DNA of 63,326 bases, the filler included, from Octopus bimaculoides (lineage: Eukaryota): NCBI RefSeq assembly GCF_001194135.2. It is 7 parts of 7 records of this genome, joined end to end, with 100 filler letters (N's around TTAATTAATTAA, not from the genome) between each part and the next. Parts side by side here need not be neighbours in the genome. Positions count along the whole stretch, not along the records: positions 1 to 14,231 come from NC_069000.1; 6 more parts are not named here. One strand, given 5' to 3'. Positions 1 to 13,049 of this stretch are shown here, in pieces (position 1 is the first letter of the stretch; each line of letters starts with the position of its first letter). The notes under the pieces are model-generated. The model did not search any database. It was not told the origin of the DNA and worked only from the letters and a program-made list of their open reading frames with translations. Made by a program: the position numbers and the translations under genes.

Positions 1-129
1 TTCTTCTTCTTCTTCTTGCTGTTGTTATTATGGTTATTGTAATTCTGAAAGACTCGGATAGTTCTTAATTCCCGGTTATTCTTTGCTTGAAAGTAGGCAA
101 TAACAAATCACCAAAAGTTTCAAGTATTG

Positions 130-1232
130 CTTTCGCCTGTAACTCAAAGAGACAATACTCTCCTTAGAATGTGAGTTGTACCCAACAATGCTGCCTTCTG
201 GATCACCTCGAGCCTGACAGCAGCTCCAATATTCTTAATATGTTTTTCAAAACACTTGGAAATTGCTCCTAATGCTCCAGTTACCACTGGTATCACCATT
301 CTTTTCCTCATGCTCCATAACTTACCTATCTCGTTCCATAGTGGCTGGTATTTCTCAATCTTTTCTGTTTCCTCACATTTCACCCTCGAATCGCCTGGTA
401 TTGCAGTATCTATTATCTCTACTTCTTTTTCATCTTTATGGATGAGCACAATATCTAGTCGTCTCGCCTCTATAACTTGGTCGCACTGCATGTTAAAATC
501 CCAGAGTATTTTGTAACGTTCGTTTTCTGTTACTCACTCTTGTTTACCGCACAACCTCTAGTGGACATATCTGGCCACATTGTCGTGTCTCCTTTTGTAT
601 TCACGTTGTGGGAGCTCACAGCACTCACTAACAATATGGCTTATACTTTCTCCTTTCTCAGAGCACATGCTACACTGGCGAGTCAATGCTTTTATCAATG
701 TGATATTTGGAGTAGTTTGTTCTGAGAGCTTGTTCTTGAGCGCTGCACACTAATGCCTCTGTGGGCCCTTTTAAGTCTCCTTTCTGTAGCTATTGCCAGG
801 TTCTATTCCAATCAATCTCATCTTTATTCTTCAAAACCCGACTGTACATTTTCTTGTCCTGTCAAATTTTCTTCATCTGCTCTCTCTGGTTTTTCTTAAA
901 TTGTGTTAGATCTACGACTTCGTTCACTTTTAAGGTTCCCTGCATTTTCTCTACTTCAATTATTTCTTCTTTACTCCCCCTGATATACCAAGCCAGGCTA
1001 TTCTCTTCCCTTACACAATCTTCACAATACATTAATCCCCATCCTCCTTTCCTCTTAACATATAAAATTGACACATCACTCTCGGGGATGTAGTTCCTTG
1101 TTCATTGTCATTAATTTATGTGTTCTCCGGTCTATCTATGGTAATTCATGCTTCTTCCAAGATACTATTCCTGCACCATATCTCATCAAAGCAACCACTC
1201 ACATGTTAATTGCTCTAATCTTATAGCGGCCA
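130..1232 (-). mobile_element. R4/Dong-type (RLE-bearing) non-LTR retrotransposon, decayed 3' half (copy A)
   Basis: Broken frames give LYVKRKGGWGL, LQKGDLKGPTEALVCSAQEQALR, a CCHC region (CSMC...HIVSEC...YKRRHDNV) and the restriction-like endonuclease RRLDIVLIHK..IIDTAIPGD...EKIEKYQPL...VIPVVTGALG. Confidence 0.9.
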
Positions 1233-1233
1233 T

Positions 1234-2830
1234 TTAGCTTCTATTGGAGCACAAGCCGAGTTCTCTACAAATGCACTTTCCTAGGTTTCCAATGTACCAC
1301 TTCCAATGTACACACAATGTACAGTTTCCAATGTACCACTTCCGCAACCTGATCGTGTCACCACAACTTGTAGTGGTTGGGGCAAGTCTGGGGCATTTGT
1401 TCGTGATATTTGCAATGGTTTCATGCACTCTATTGCAGATGCAACACAGCGGGGACACTTGCTCATTCCTAAGGTTGACTCTCCAGTTCGTGGCCAAAGC
1501 TTGGTCTTGAGCTGCCAGTATAATGCTATCAGTCTCATTTTTAAGTGTTCCCTTCATCTTTTTAAGCGTTCCTTTCACCACCTATTGTTTTCAGCAACTT
1601 CTGTTGTGGCTGCATGGAATTGGTTGTGTAGCTCCTTCTTGCGTAATTCTTCCTCATGGCCTTCTTTCGTTTTTACTTTTTTCTCTGCTTTCAATACACT
1701 CTCATTCTTAACTATCTCTAGCAAGGTTTCCTTACTTTAGGCTAGGTATCTCATTAAGCTCTCGAGTTCCATATGTATGCAGTGTTCCCCACTTATTAGT
1801 CCTCTTTCTCCATTTGCTCTCTTCATGTTTAGGCAATCAGGAGCTTTTTTGACTTCCTGTCCATCTCCTTTAGCTCCTCTTCTGTCCACTTCAGGATTCC
1901 AGTGCCATACCGAATTCCTGCGACTGCACGCAAGTTGATTCCCGAAATTATGTTTCTGGCATTTAGCTTTGAAGCCAATATTTTTCTCATTCGTCGCAGG
2001 GACTCTCTTTTTGTCTTTTCTTTCATGAAGTTGTGTTTAATTCTATCTGCCTCAAGTATTCCCAACCATTTATAGCTGGATTGAGGTTGAATTGCCTTCA
2101 TCATTTCACCACTTGGCAAAGCTATGCCTTCTGTCCTGACAAATTATTTGTTTCTCTGATGTTGTTTGTTCTGATGTATTTCAGAATTTCATTGAAATTT
2201 TTCGTTTCTTGGTGCAATTTCCATTGATCAACCTTTTTAAGGTTGCAAATAATGTCGCTATCGTTCTCCTGTAGTCTTACCTTTATTCTGTCGTAGATTG
2301 CCTTTTGTTCCTCTGTCATGTCGACATTAGTTTTATTGTCTTCTTTTTAGATCATCTATATGTCTCACATCAAGTAAACTACCACTGCTCCTTTCCTGTG
2401 CTATGAGATTACTCTTATTAGTAAGAACTGTATTTTCATTGTTATCTCTGCTGCTATTTTCTATGACCCGTCTTTTGATAGCTTCGAGCTCTAGTTTTGT
2501 GAACCAACATTTTTTTCTTATTGCTCTAGCTTGATCACATAGTCTCTGTTCCGTGAGTTGAAACAATCCTTTTTCTCTCCAATGATCATACATACGTTGT
2601 CGGTAACCCCTAATTTGAGCACCATTTTCATCTACCGGGTTGCTCAGGTAGTAACACTCCATGACCACAGCATTAATTTGTTTGCTCCATCTACGCCGCG
2701 TGTGGTGGTCCCTTTCTGGATATGGACAGGCTGGAGCCGGGTCAGAATCTCTGAGCCTACAGGGCGTAACACTGTCACCGTTATTGGCTTCAGTTTCATT
2801 ACCACCGTTATTCACAATATTTTGTTTTTT
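1234..2830 (-). mobile_element. R4/Dong-type retrotransposon, internally deleted (copy B)
   Basis: N-terminal RRRWSKQINAVVMECYYLS...GYRQRM...EQRLCDQARAIRKK (2815-2333) joins almost directly to late/post-RT YKWLGILEAD...RRMRKILASKLNARN (2119-1829). It then continues to LKNETDSIILAAQDQAL and CCHC (1581-1330); most of the RT core is missing. Confidence 0.88.
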
Positions 2831-3324
2831 TCATTGTCACTCATATGAGGTAGCGATTATCAGGTTGCGCAATTACCAGTATTTTTATTGTTACACTATC
2901 AGTAGATGTGGTAGTTGGGCCTCAGATTTCTGTGCTGTCATAATAGTCGTAGTTGTAATATTAATCTAGTGTTAGTAGTATTTAGTAGTAGCAGCTGCAG
3001 CATATTATTATTTTTTGTTATCATTATCATCATCACCACCACTACCACTGTTTGAGGGAATAGTTGGGTAGCAGTTTGGTGAATAAATCATAATCTACAG
3101 GACTATAAATAGATTCGGCAGATGGTGGAGAGGTCAACCATAGAGACAAAGGAATCTTCGCACCCTTTGGGTCAGCGGGGGTCAAATGTGTTTACTACTA
3201 CCTATGACCACTGGGAACGCTGCCTTGAAAAGAAGCAATTCAACCTGTCCTATTTGTAATTACTGGTAGAAAAAACAATAGCAATAGTATATATTCCCCC
3301 CATATATATATACATTTTTTTTCT

Positions 3325-3590
3325 ATAGTTTCAGCTGAGAGCTGCGGCCATACTGATGCACCGCCATTTTGCTACACTTTTATTACTGAGAGCCTCCTCT
3401 AATATGTGGCACTTGGTGAAGAATGGAATTTGATGTAGCTACCCTCATTTGCACCTCTTGCCGTGAGGTAGGTTCATCTGGGACTCTCGACAGGAAGAGG
3501 TCCAGCTTTGATTTAAAAACCTCTACATCTACTTTGTGCAGGTTCCTCAGGCTCTTTGGGAGAGTATTAAAAAGCTGTGGGCCCCTGAAA
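3325..3590 (-). mobile_element. 3' end of a CR1/L2-group LINE including 3' tail
   Basis: Translation FRGPQLFNTLPKSLRNLHKVDVEVFKSKLDLFLSRVPDEP...SNSILHQV, followed by the tail GGCGGTGCATCAGTATGGCCGCAG..CTGAAAC. The clade assignment is by recollection. Confidence 0.75.
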
Positions 3591-4009
3591 TATATATATA
3601 TATACATATATACTGATATTCACGTCGTCGAATTTTTGAATTTCTGAATTCAATTGTGTTTTTGCAATAAAAAGGTGTGTTTACGTATTTGGTTAATATA
3701 TTAAAGATTTTAAGTTTTTTTTTTAGATGTTCGTTTGTCTGTCCAGCTGGAGAATACAGTAGGACTTTTCCAATGAAAAGGATGTTTACATTTTCGAATA
3801 CTCAGAGAGAGAGAGAGTCAAAAAGAACAGAAAACAAGTTGTAGATAGTAAAGTTTTAAGATTTACTAAATATGGTCTTTTGTATGACCGCACAGAGAGA
3901 AATGGTAGTGTTCTTAGAATAAAAAGGAGGAGGATGTTTACATTTTCAAATACTCAGGGAGAGAAGAAAGGATAAGTATTCACACAGTAGTTGTAGATAT
4001 TAAAGGTTT

Positions 4010-4602
4010 TTTTTTTCCTTTTAAGCTGATCGTTTGTGTGTTCGAAAGCTGTAGATATGTAAGTTTCTTAACTTATTTTATTTTGTGGGAGATTTAAAAT
4101 ATTCACAGGAAATTGTAGATATTCCAGTCTTTGGGAATAGTAGGAGGAAGAGATGTTCACCGTGTTGGATTTTTGAATTTCTGAATTTCTTTTTCTTTTG
4201 GAATTTTTCTTCTCTTTCTAAAAGTTTTCCTGTGTTTTGCAGTTTTTGTAGTTGTGCAGTATGTATATATTGGCAGGTACCTACTTCCTTAATTTTTTAT
4301 CGTGCATTTAATTGTGTTGTTACAATAAAAGGCATGTTTACATTTTCTGTTAGTCAGGAAGAAGAGAAGACAAAATGTTCACACAAAACTGAACGTCACA
4401 GCGGCTGGACGTGTTCTTCGCTGCTCTGACGTGTCAGCAGCTGAAGACACAGAAACACGGTAGGACAACTGAAAAAAATAACTCCAAAAGATTGGAATAT
4501 CTACATTTTTCTGTGAGTATTTTGAATTTCCCTCAAAATAAGTTAAGGAACTTACATATCTACAGCTTTGGACATACAAACGAACACCTCAAAAGAAAAA
4601 AA
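4010..4602. mobile_element. Decayed foldback/MITE-like element with ~105-125 bp imperfect inverted repeats
   Basis: 4030-4135 is the reverse complement of 4482-4583 at high identity (AAAGCTGTAGATATGTAAGTT..TTAACTTATTTT..GTAGATATTCCA). Related direct repeats extend left to ~3630. Confidence 0.65.
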
Positions 4603-4622
4603 ATTATTATTATTATTATTGT

Positions 4623-4976
4623 TCAGTAGTTTATTTTTATAACGTGCTTTCACTTCACTACCGAGCGCAGCTCTGTGTGCCTTGGGTATGTGCTGTGGTT
4701 TGCTGTGATGCTCTTATGGTTACTGTATTGAAAGTGTTTTGCGTAGGATGTGTGCAGTGCTCAGTAGTGCAATTTTCTGTATGTTATATATATTTGTAAG
4801 TCCTGGTGTTTTTGTTATGTATTTGTCTGAATGTTTTTTTATTATACCTAAGGCACCTACTATGATAGGAATTGTTTCTGTTTTTAGATTCCACATTCGA
4901 GTTACCTCTATTTCCAGGTCTTTGTATTTTGAAAGTTTCTCCATTTCTTTTAAGGAAACGTTGTCATCTGCTGGTA
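4623..4976 (-). mobile_element. R4/Dong-type retrotransposon 3' end (same family as 23060-24937)
   Basis: MEKLSKYKDLEIEVTRMWNLKTETIPIIVGALG...KTLSIQ plus a 3' UTR nearly identical to 24575-24937. It abuts an (ATT)n run at 4603-4620 and is cut by an N gap. Confidence 0.9.
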
Positions 4977-5241
4977 NNNNNNNNNNNNNNNNNNNNNNNN
5001 NNNNNNNNNNNNNNNNNNNNNNNNNNNNNNNNNNNNNNNNNNNNNNNNNNNNNNNNNNNNNNNNNNNNNNNNNNNNNNNNNNNNNNNNNNNNNNNNNNNN
5101 NNNNNNNNNNNNNNNNNNNNNNNNNNNNNNNNNNNNNNNNNNNNNNNNNNNNNNNNNNNNNNNNNNNNNNNNNNNNNNNNNNNNNNNNNNNNNNNNNNNN
5201 NNNNNNNNNNNNNNNNNNNNNNNNNNNNNNNNNNNNNNNNN

Positions 5242-8200
5242 GAAGACTTTCGACTGTTTTGTTTGTTTTTTGTTTTCTGAACCCCTTTTGGTGTGCAGAA
5301 GGGGTTCTTTCGTGAAAAATTCCCCCTTTTAAGAGTGACATTTGGACTTTTTGTCCTTTAAAAAATATTTATGTTTTTCGTCGATGGAATAACAAGATGA
5401 CTTCCTCTGTCGAGGGGAGTGGCAGTGGCTGTTCTGACGTCCAGTACAGCGAAGGTTTTCCCCCTCGGAGCAGCACAAATAAGAGTACCAACACCCACTA
5501 CTAACAACACCAGTGCCACCATTAACATGAAAAAAAAAAAAAGAAAAAAGTCATGAAAACACCGCCAACACCGACATGAACACAGACAACACAAACGAAA
5601 AATAAAAGTCAAACAAGAACCACAACGACAAACCAAGCGGCAACGGTTTCGTCTCGGTGGCGAAACAAACCAGGCAATTAATTCAGTTAACTATCGATAA
5701 CTTAAAAAATGTAAAGGAGTTGGTAAGGAAGGAAGAGAATAATATCTTCCTTAACACCCCACAAGAAAAGGTAAAAGAAACGCAGAAAAAAACGGTGATC
5801 TACAGAACATTAAATATGAAAAAATATAAAGTGTGGAACGAGCGACTCAACAGCAATTGGAAACTGCGTTAAAACCAGTATGGAACAGGAAAACATATGT
5901 AACGAGGAAAACGCTTCGACACTGTGGAAGTGCGCTTCGCAACGGAAGAAGAAACAAGACAACATTCCACAGTGCCAATAAAGACAGGTATTCCTGCTCA
6001 TAATATCCTGGTTGGCGCGTCACTCGAATTAAAATTGGGGAGGTACCCCTCGAAATAGATATATGCTGGTTGGTGGCGCTGTCCTTTTTGATATAGAGGA
6101 TACCGCCACAATACTGGCGGTGCATAAATTGCACCAACAAAATTGGACGAGTCAGGGATTTGAGCTCCCCGTTCAAATTGAACAAAAAGTTCTAGATTCT
6201 ATCCCTGACTCTATAAACTTACCAGACGGCACAAGACTAACAAACAGCACAAACACCACCAACCTCACAGCCATCGACACCGACAACATAGACCTTGTGA
6301 CATACATTAGAGAAAACAGAGACGCCACAATGGAAGATTAAGACTTCCCAATTCACAATGCACCACTACCACACATACAAAATTTTAAAAGTAAAACAGG
6401 ACACCTACAACACATTGAAAATTAACATTCCAAATGCTGTTGGGTCTTTCTAGAAGACATTCTCTAAGAGACTATACAAAAACCTCGTGGAAACACCCAA
6501 AACAAAGACCAGAGGGACATTCCTGCCAGACAACAGTGGTAAGTAGAGTTCTTCATCTTAAATTTATTTTAACATGGTGATGCTCAGAATAGTTTGTATA
6601 AAGTCAGGGGCCTCGGGTCGCCTTGGAAAGAGGGTCACATTTTAAATGATCTGAGGTCCCTTAGGGTAATGAATCCAGACTATCCGATTCACGGGACCTC
6701 ATCCCCTTTTTCGCTGGATACAATATTTTTCTATCTCTGTGTCGGCCGGGAAAGGGCGGTGGTGATATTGTTGTGCTTTTCCGGAAGGGTCTGCATTTGA
6801 AAATAAAGGCAAACTTCCTGGATCTAGAAGGTAAGTTGGTGGTCCTAGATGTAAACAGTAGTGATGGCGGTGCTTTCAAACTGGTGGCTACCTATGCTCC
6901 AACAGGGGCAGGGTGGTCTGATTACTTCAAGCGTCTGGTGGTTTTGCTAGGAACGACTTGAACTTTAGTATTAGCAGGGGGCTGGAACTCTGCCTTAGAT
7001 GGACGTTTCGATTGCGTGGGAGTATCTGATAGGGGAAGAGGTGCAAAAGCCTCATGAACCTGCTTACACGTTTTCAATTGCCTGACAGGTACCGACTAGA
7101 TTACCCAATGTATCAATGTGGACTTGGACAAACCGCATCGGCTCATCTAGATCGTATCTAGATAGGGTATTTTGTAGGCCAGCGGACAAGGATAGCATAG
7201 GGTGTCCACAATTCCACATAGTCGGCTACACAAACCAAATATTTGTGATCTGTACTGCTGACTTAGATAGGCTTCATAGACAGGGTCCCGGTTACTGGAA
7301 GCTGAACATTTCGTTACCGGCGGATTAGCGAATTAGTTAAGCGGGCGTTGACGGGGCATCGTCAACAACTGGTTGTTTGCACTTAAAAGGGCAATTAGAG
7401 TAGAATGCATTAGGTTTAGCAAGGCATTAGCGGTAGAGAGAAATAGAATAGAAGGAGATTTAGTTAGAAAGTTCGATGAGGTGTGTTGGCAGTGAGGTTG
7501 GCCCTCGACCAATTTTTCGACGCCAAACAAGAAGGCTGCGTTGTCAGAGCTGAGGCACGTTCAGTAAGCGGGGATGGAACGAAAGCGTCACGATGGGCCT
7601 ACGTGGCGGAGGTGGAAAGTGGAAATAAAGCGATGAAGAACTGTATGAGAGGTAGACCACCAGGTTTGGATGGTCTGCCCTACGAGCTTTATACTTCGAT
7701 GCCAGACTTGTTTACGGACCTCTTAGCAAACGTCTACTGCAGATGGCAGCAGAATAGGAGAATTCCCACTTTTGTCTCTCGAGGGGCGCTGGCAATGTTC
7801 AGAAAGGACCCAAAGAAGGGGGATGTTATAGAGAATTTCAGGCCCGTCATTCTGCTCAATGCAGAGTTGAAGATTTTGGTCAAGGTGCTAGCCAAGAGGT
7901 TGGCGCTTGTCATGGACAAGCTGGTTGGCGAGGTGCAAACATGCACCATCCCATCCAGGACTATTCACGATAACCTCCATCTTATGCGCTACATCATAGA
8001 GAGGGCGGTTTACATAGCTGTCGTGGGTGGGGCTCTGATCAATTTATATCAATCTGAAGCCTTTGATAGGGTCGACCATCAATACTTGGCAGCTGTCCTC
8101 AAGGCAGCCGATTTCGGTCCAGTTTTTCGCGTTGCGCTCGATCCGTCAATTGTGCCCTCTTTCCTCCCTTCTGTATGTACTGAATTTTGAGCCATTACTG

Positions 8201-9955
8201 CGGAAGTTCGAGGCCTTGAGGGGTGTCCCGTGTGATCTAGGATGTGGAAGAAGTGTGTCTGCTTACGCTGATTATGTCACCGTCATAGTGTCGAGCCAAA
8301 TGCATATAAACCTGACTGGCGAAATACTACAAGAATATGAAGCGATGACTGGAGCAAAAACTAACGCCTAAAAGTCAGTGAACTTGCAACTCGGTACCAA
8401 GAGCATCATGGGGCACTGGACAGACGATCCCGTTAAGTTGCTCGGAGACTAGTTTGGTAGGGACTTTCAGGTGGAGAAAAACTGAGACGTGGTGGTGAGC
8501 AGGGTAGCCTATCTCATCCAGAAATGGGCCGAAAAGAAAGGTCGAGCCGAGGTGGCGAATGCAGCCGTCGCATCCGTCATCTATTACCGCTTGATCGTTG
8601 TTCCTTGTACCGTTTTGCTGGTTGACCAAGCCGGTGCGCTTACTCTTCCGTTTTCTGTGGAAGGGGCGCGTTCCACAGGTTAGGTACTCCATCTGCTGTC
8701 AACAGCCGCTGAATGCAGGACTGGTCATGTCGTGGTTACAGATGCGCAGACATGTGCTGAGTTGCGATATCTCCAGCGTTTCCTTGGCGGTGAGCATGTG
8801 TGGTCATCGTTTGTAAGAGACACTTTCCACAGCTCGTCTCTTTGACTGCGCTGCAATNNNNNNNNNNNNNNNNNNNNNNNNNNNNNNNNNNNNNNNNNNN
8901 NNNNNNNNNNNNNNNNNNNNNNNNNNNNNNNNNNNNNNNNNNNNNNNNNNNNNNNNNNNNNNNNNNNNNNNNNNNNNNNNNNNNNNNNNNNNNNNNNNNN
9001 NNNNNNNNNNNNNNNNNNNNNNNNNNNNNNNNNNNNNNNNNNNNNNNNNNNNNNNNNNNNNNNNNNNNNNNNNNNNNNNNNNNNNNNNNNNNNNNNNNNN
9101 NNNNNNNNNNNNNNNNNNNNNNNNNNNNNNNNNNNNNNNNNNNNNNNNNNNNNNNNNNNNNNNNNNNNNNNNNNNNNNNNNNNNNNNNNNNNNNNNNNNN
9201 NNNNNNNNNNNNNNNNNNNNNNNNNNNNNNNNNNNNNNNNNNNNNNNNNNNNNNNNNNNNNNNNNNNNNNNNNNNNNNNNNNNNNNNNNNNNNNNNNNNN
9301 NNNNNNNNNNNNNNNNNNNNNNNNNNNNNNNNNNNNNNNNNNNNNNNNNNNNNNNNNNNNNNNNATGTCGAACACCCGCTGTCGCGGGTGGGATGGATCC
9401 GGCTATCAGCTGAATCCATTGTGATGATTGCCCCGCCGCCTTCTTTTGGCCGGGAGGGACAGGCAATTTTTATCTGCTTAGTGAAAGAAGTAGTATGGTA
9501 GCGAAAGAGGTAGTATGGTGGACCCGTTTGAAAGGTCTAAAGACAGATACTTTCCTCTTTGGTGAAGCCCTCATCAAATTTTTCAAGTTTCACTTGAAAA
9601 GGAAATTGAAGGTGGAGAGGGAAGTGTTACCTTGTAGCAAGTTTATTGAAAGGTGGATGAATGTCGGAAGAATAACCAGCGTGAAAGCACCAATTCTGAT
9701 GTGCACCTGTAAAAAAAGGAGAGGGGCTCTTGTCCTGTTGTTCGAGCACCCGTCACCCTTGTGGGTTTTTCCACAAGGACCTTAAAGCGCCTCCCCTTTG
9801 GGGAGTTTTAACTTGTTCAATTTTTATTGTTATTACATTGTGTACACGCGAAAAACTCATTGTATTGTCCTGTTTTTGTCTTTTATGTTGTTGTATGTCT
9901 TTTAATGTTTTTGTATATGATCCCTTGTGGCCAATAAAAGAATAAATTATTATTG
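5242..9955 (+). mobile_element. Decayed near-full-length Tx1/L1-clade LINE (putative ORF1 5397-~6520; ORF2 6574-~9720)
   Basis: ORF2 remnants: APE (VRGLGSPWK.GH, LVATYAPTG, GGWN, WTWTN...SYLDRVF, GPGYWKLN), RT (PPGLDGLPYELY, FRPVILLNAELKILVKVLAKRL, IHDNLHLMRYII, AFDRVDH, SAYADYV) and a Tx1-like C-terminus (FFKFHLKRKLKVERE...FIERW). It ends in AATAAAAGAATAAA. Assigning the upstream low-complexity frame as ORF1 is tentative. Confidence 0.82.
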
Positions 9956-10299
9956 TTGTTGTTGTTGTTGTTCTTGTCGTCGTCGAGTTAAGACGTAAAT
10001 TTTTGTGCTTTGTGAAAAGTTGCTTTTGTTTGTTGAAAAATTTTTCATAGAAAATTTTCGGAAAATAAAAACAGCAATGACGACTGAGCGAGGAAGTGGT
10101 AGCAGGAAGTTGAATATGAGTTCAACGAGGACTTCCGCGCCCTCACCACCACTATTGTTCCTGAACTGAAACTGTTCAGACGTGATTTCCTGAGCTCCGT
10201 TATTTTGAAAATTTCTTGTTACAAGGTATTGTACTTGTTTCTATTGTTTCTATTGTTTATGTTTTGTTTATGCATAAGATGAAAAAGAGCCTTGACCTA

Positions 10300-11803
10300 G
10301 ATACAACATTCTCAAAGGATTGGTGTTTGATCAGGATAAAAGTTATATGGTTGTGAAAAGGAGGAAAACTATAAACCAGACTAGTAACATATCCATCAAT
10401 GATTTGAATGTTTCTCCTGTATTTCACGAGAAATGTTACAGGTATCTAAGAGTAGATGAAAATATATCTTACAATGGCACTTGTAACAAAACACATGTCA
10501 CTAAAGAATATTACAGCCGAATAAAGAAAATTTGGACCTCAGAACTCTCTGCATTCAATAAAACAGTGGCCTACAATGTATTTGCATTGTCAGTACTCAT
10601 ACCAACATTTGGGCTGCTTGATTGGACGCTTGATGAGATCCGAGCCATTGATGTGGAAACCTGAAAAATGCTAACAAGCACACATAATTGCTACATAAAC
10701 AGTGATGTAGACCGCTTCTACCAAAAACGAAAACAAGGCGGCAAAGGCTTACCATAGATCCAAAATGCCTTTGAATGTCGCATCATATCCCTTCGGCAAC
10801 ATCTTTTAACCACCAAGTGTCGAAGTGCATCCCTTGACCAAATTTGTACACATGAGGCTGTTAACATCATAAGACTTGGAAGGCAGCTCCTTGAGCATCA
10901 NNNNNNNNNNNNNNNNNNNNNNNCTGATAACCTAGAATACATGGCCAAAGAAGTCGCACGACTTTACCGCAACATATCAGATGAAAGGATGAACCTGTAT
11001 GAGCAGAAGACCATGCATTGATATGTTAGTAGAATGCTGCCAGATAGCAGTAACATTCATCATCAATGCAATTTGTCTTGGACCAAGAAACGGATTATTA
11101 CCTTCGACTTTGAAGGGTATGCGTTTGCAATCAGGAATAGGAAATTTCAAACAAGTACCTGATGCACAAAAAGGATAGAGATGCAGGAAAAGCCGTAAAA
11201 TGTGACAACCCATGCAGACTTTGTGGAGTTCACACTCAAGATATCCCCCACATAATAAGCAGTTGTCCAAAAATGTTATCACGGTATAAACTGCGGATGA
11301 GGCATGACGTAACTACGACACACTATAATGAAATCCATCGGAAGGATAATCCTGAGGACAAAGAAATAAAAACCCACAATATGGAAGAAGCCACACCCAC
11401 TCAGAATAGAAAGGAATACTGGTGGAATGCCCCGGTGAAAATCTCAATAAAATGTAAGCACAACAGACCTGATATAATGATTTGGGATAGAGAAGAGGAA
11501 CTGTGCATAATTGTAGAATTTAGCTGCCCAGCGGATGTTAACATAAAGCTGAAGATCAGTGAAAATGAGAACACCTATCCTGAACTATTGAGAAATCTAC
11601 AGTTACTGTATCCGGATTACATGTTCAGGTTTATACCTGTAATTATTGGGGCCCTGGGATATGTAGCACACTGCCTAAATACCAATCTCGAGGAATTAGG
11701 CTTCTCAACACCAGAAAGGAGAAAACTGATTCGGAGACTACAGACCCAATCCATCACTGGAACTGTAAAAATCTGTAAAACTTTCCAGGAGTTTATCATT
11801 TAA
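10300..11803 (+). mobile_element. R4/Dong-type retrotransposon, decayed 3' half (copy D, different subfamily)
   Basis: YRYLRVDENISY...KEYYSRIKKIWTSELSAFNK, then CRLCGVHTQDIPHIISSCP...RHD (CCHC) and KHNRPDIMIWDREEELCIIVEFSCPAD...FIPVIIGALG (RLE). Confidence 0.88.
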
Positions 11804-12243
11804 ATATATATGAACATGTCTAAATATGCAACTATATGCATGAGAATACATACATAAGACATACAAATCTGCACATACATACATACATACATACATACAT
11901 ACATGCATACATACATACATACAAACATACATATATGTGTATACGTGAGTGCATGCGTGTATGTATGCATGCATGTATGTATGTATGTATGTATGTATGT
12001 ATGTATGTATAAAGTACGAATGTCACACAGACGAATAGTTAGAAACCAGGTGGGAATGATGTTCTATGGGGAAGCTAAGAAGGGAGGAAGAGGTAGATGT
12101 GAAGATTGATGTATCAAAGTGTATCTGTTCACTGAAAACAGGCTAAAAAGGAGCGATGCGTTTGTATTAGTGTAGTGTGTATGTATATGCGTGTGTATGT
12201 ATGTGTGTATGTATGTGTGTGTGTGTATGTGTGTGTGTCTGTG

Positions 12244-12288
<45 letters not shown>

Positions 12289-13014
12289 AAATGTTTAAAT
12301 AGTCACATTGTTTAGTGATGGGGACATAGTTTGAAAGCGTGTATATGAGGTGAGAAGGTGTGCGAATGTATGAAAATAAGGATATGATGAAGTGGTATGG
12401 TAGAACAAAAGCAAAGTGAAAAATGTTATTGGTGTATTTGCCAGTGCACAACAAAAACACGTAGAAGTGAGAAAACGAATTTAGGTGTTCGGGGACAAAA
12501 CAAAGAGTGAAAGTTTTTATTAAAATTTGAGTTTTAAAATGGGAGGAAAATGTTTGAATTCTATGATGAGTAGTCAAAGTCATATTCAGTAAAAGAAATT
12601 GATAACTTATCCTGTGGATGGTAAAAGTGTCGAGGAAACAGTTTAAATCAAGAAAAAAGATGAATATAGTTTCAACAGGATTTCTGCCATTCTTTAATAT
12701 TATAGTGAAGAATGCTGCTATCATTTTTTAGTGAACAAATGTGCCAGCGGTTTTAAACCTACTGGAACACAGCACTTTGGGGTTATGACTGATCCGTTTT
12801 TATAAACCCGGTTTCATTCTGCAACCCTTTGATTGTTTATGTATGTTTTCATACCATTTTGTGGTTGACGTTTTTCCAAGTGTCCGTGTTGCTGTGGATG
12901 CTATTGGTTGTAGTGATTTAAATAGCTGATTTTTTAAAATATCTCTGGAACGCCGGTTACTAGTATTTGGTGTGTGTATGTGTGTGTGTGTGAAAGACAG
13001 AGAGAGGGAGAGAG

Positions 13015-13049
<35 letters not shown>

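Noticed and set aside
3100-3245. Possible HDV-like ribozyme upstream of R4 copy B (GGCAGCG/CGCTGAC pairing)
   Set aside because: Only a mismatched P1-like helix was found; P1.1, P2, P3 and the catalytic junction could not be assembled by eye. An RNAMotif or Infernal scan would be needed.
12167-12724. 185-aa hydrophobic minus-strand ORF
   Set aside because: It is the antisense reading of a purine-rich tract running into a (GT)n repeat, with no domain or splice support.
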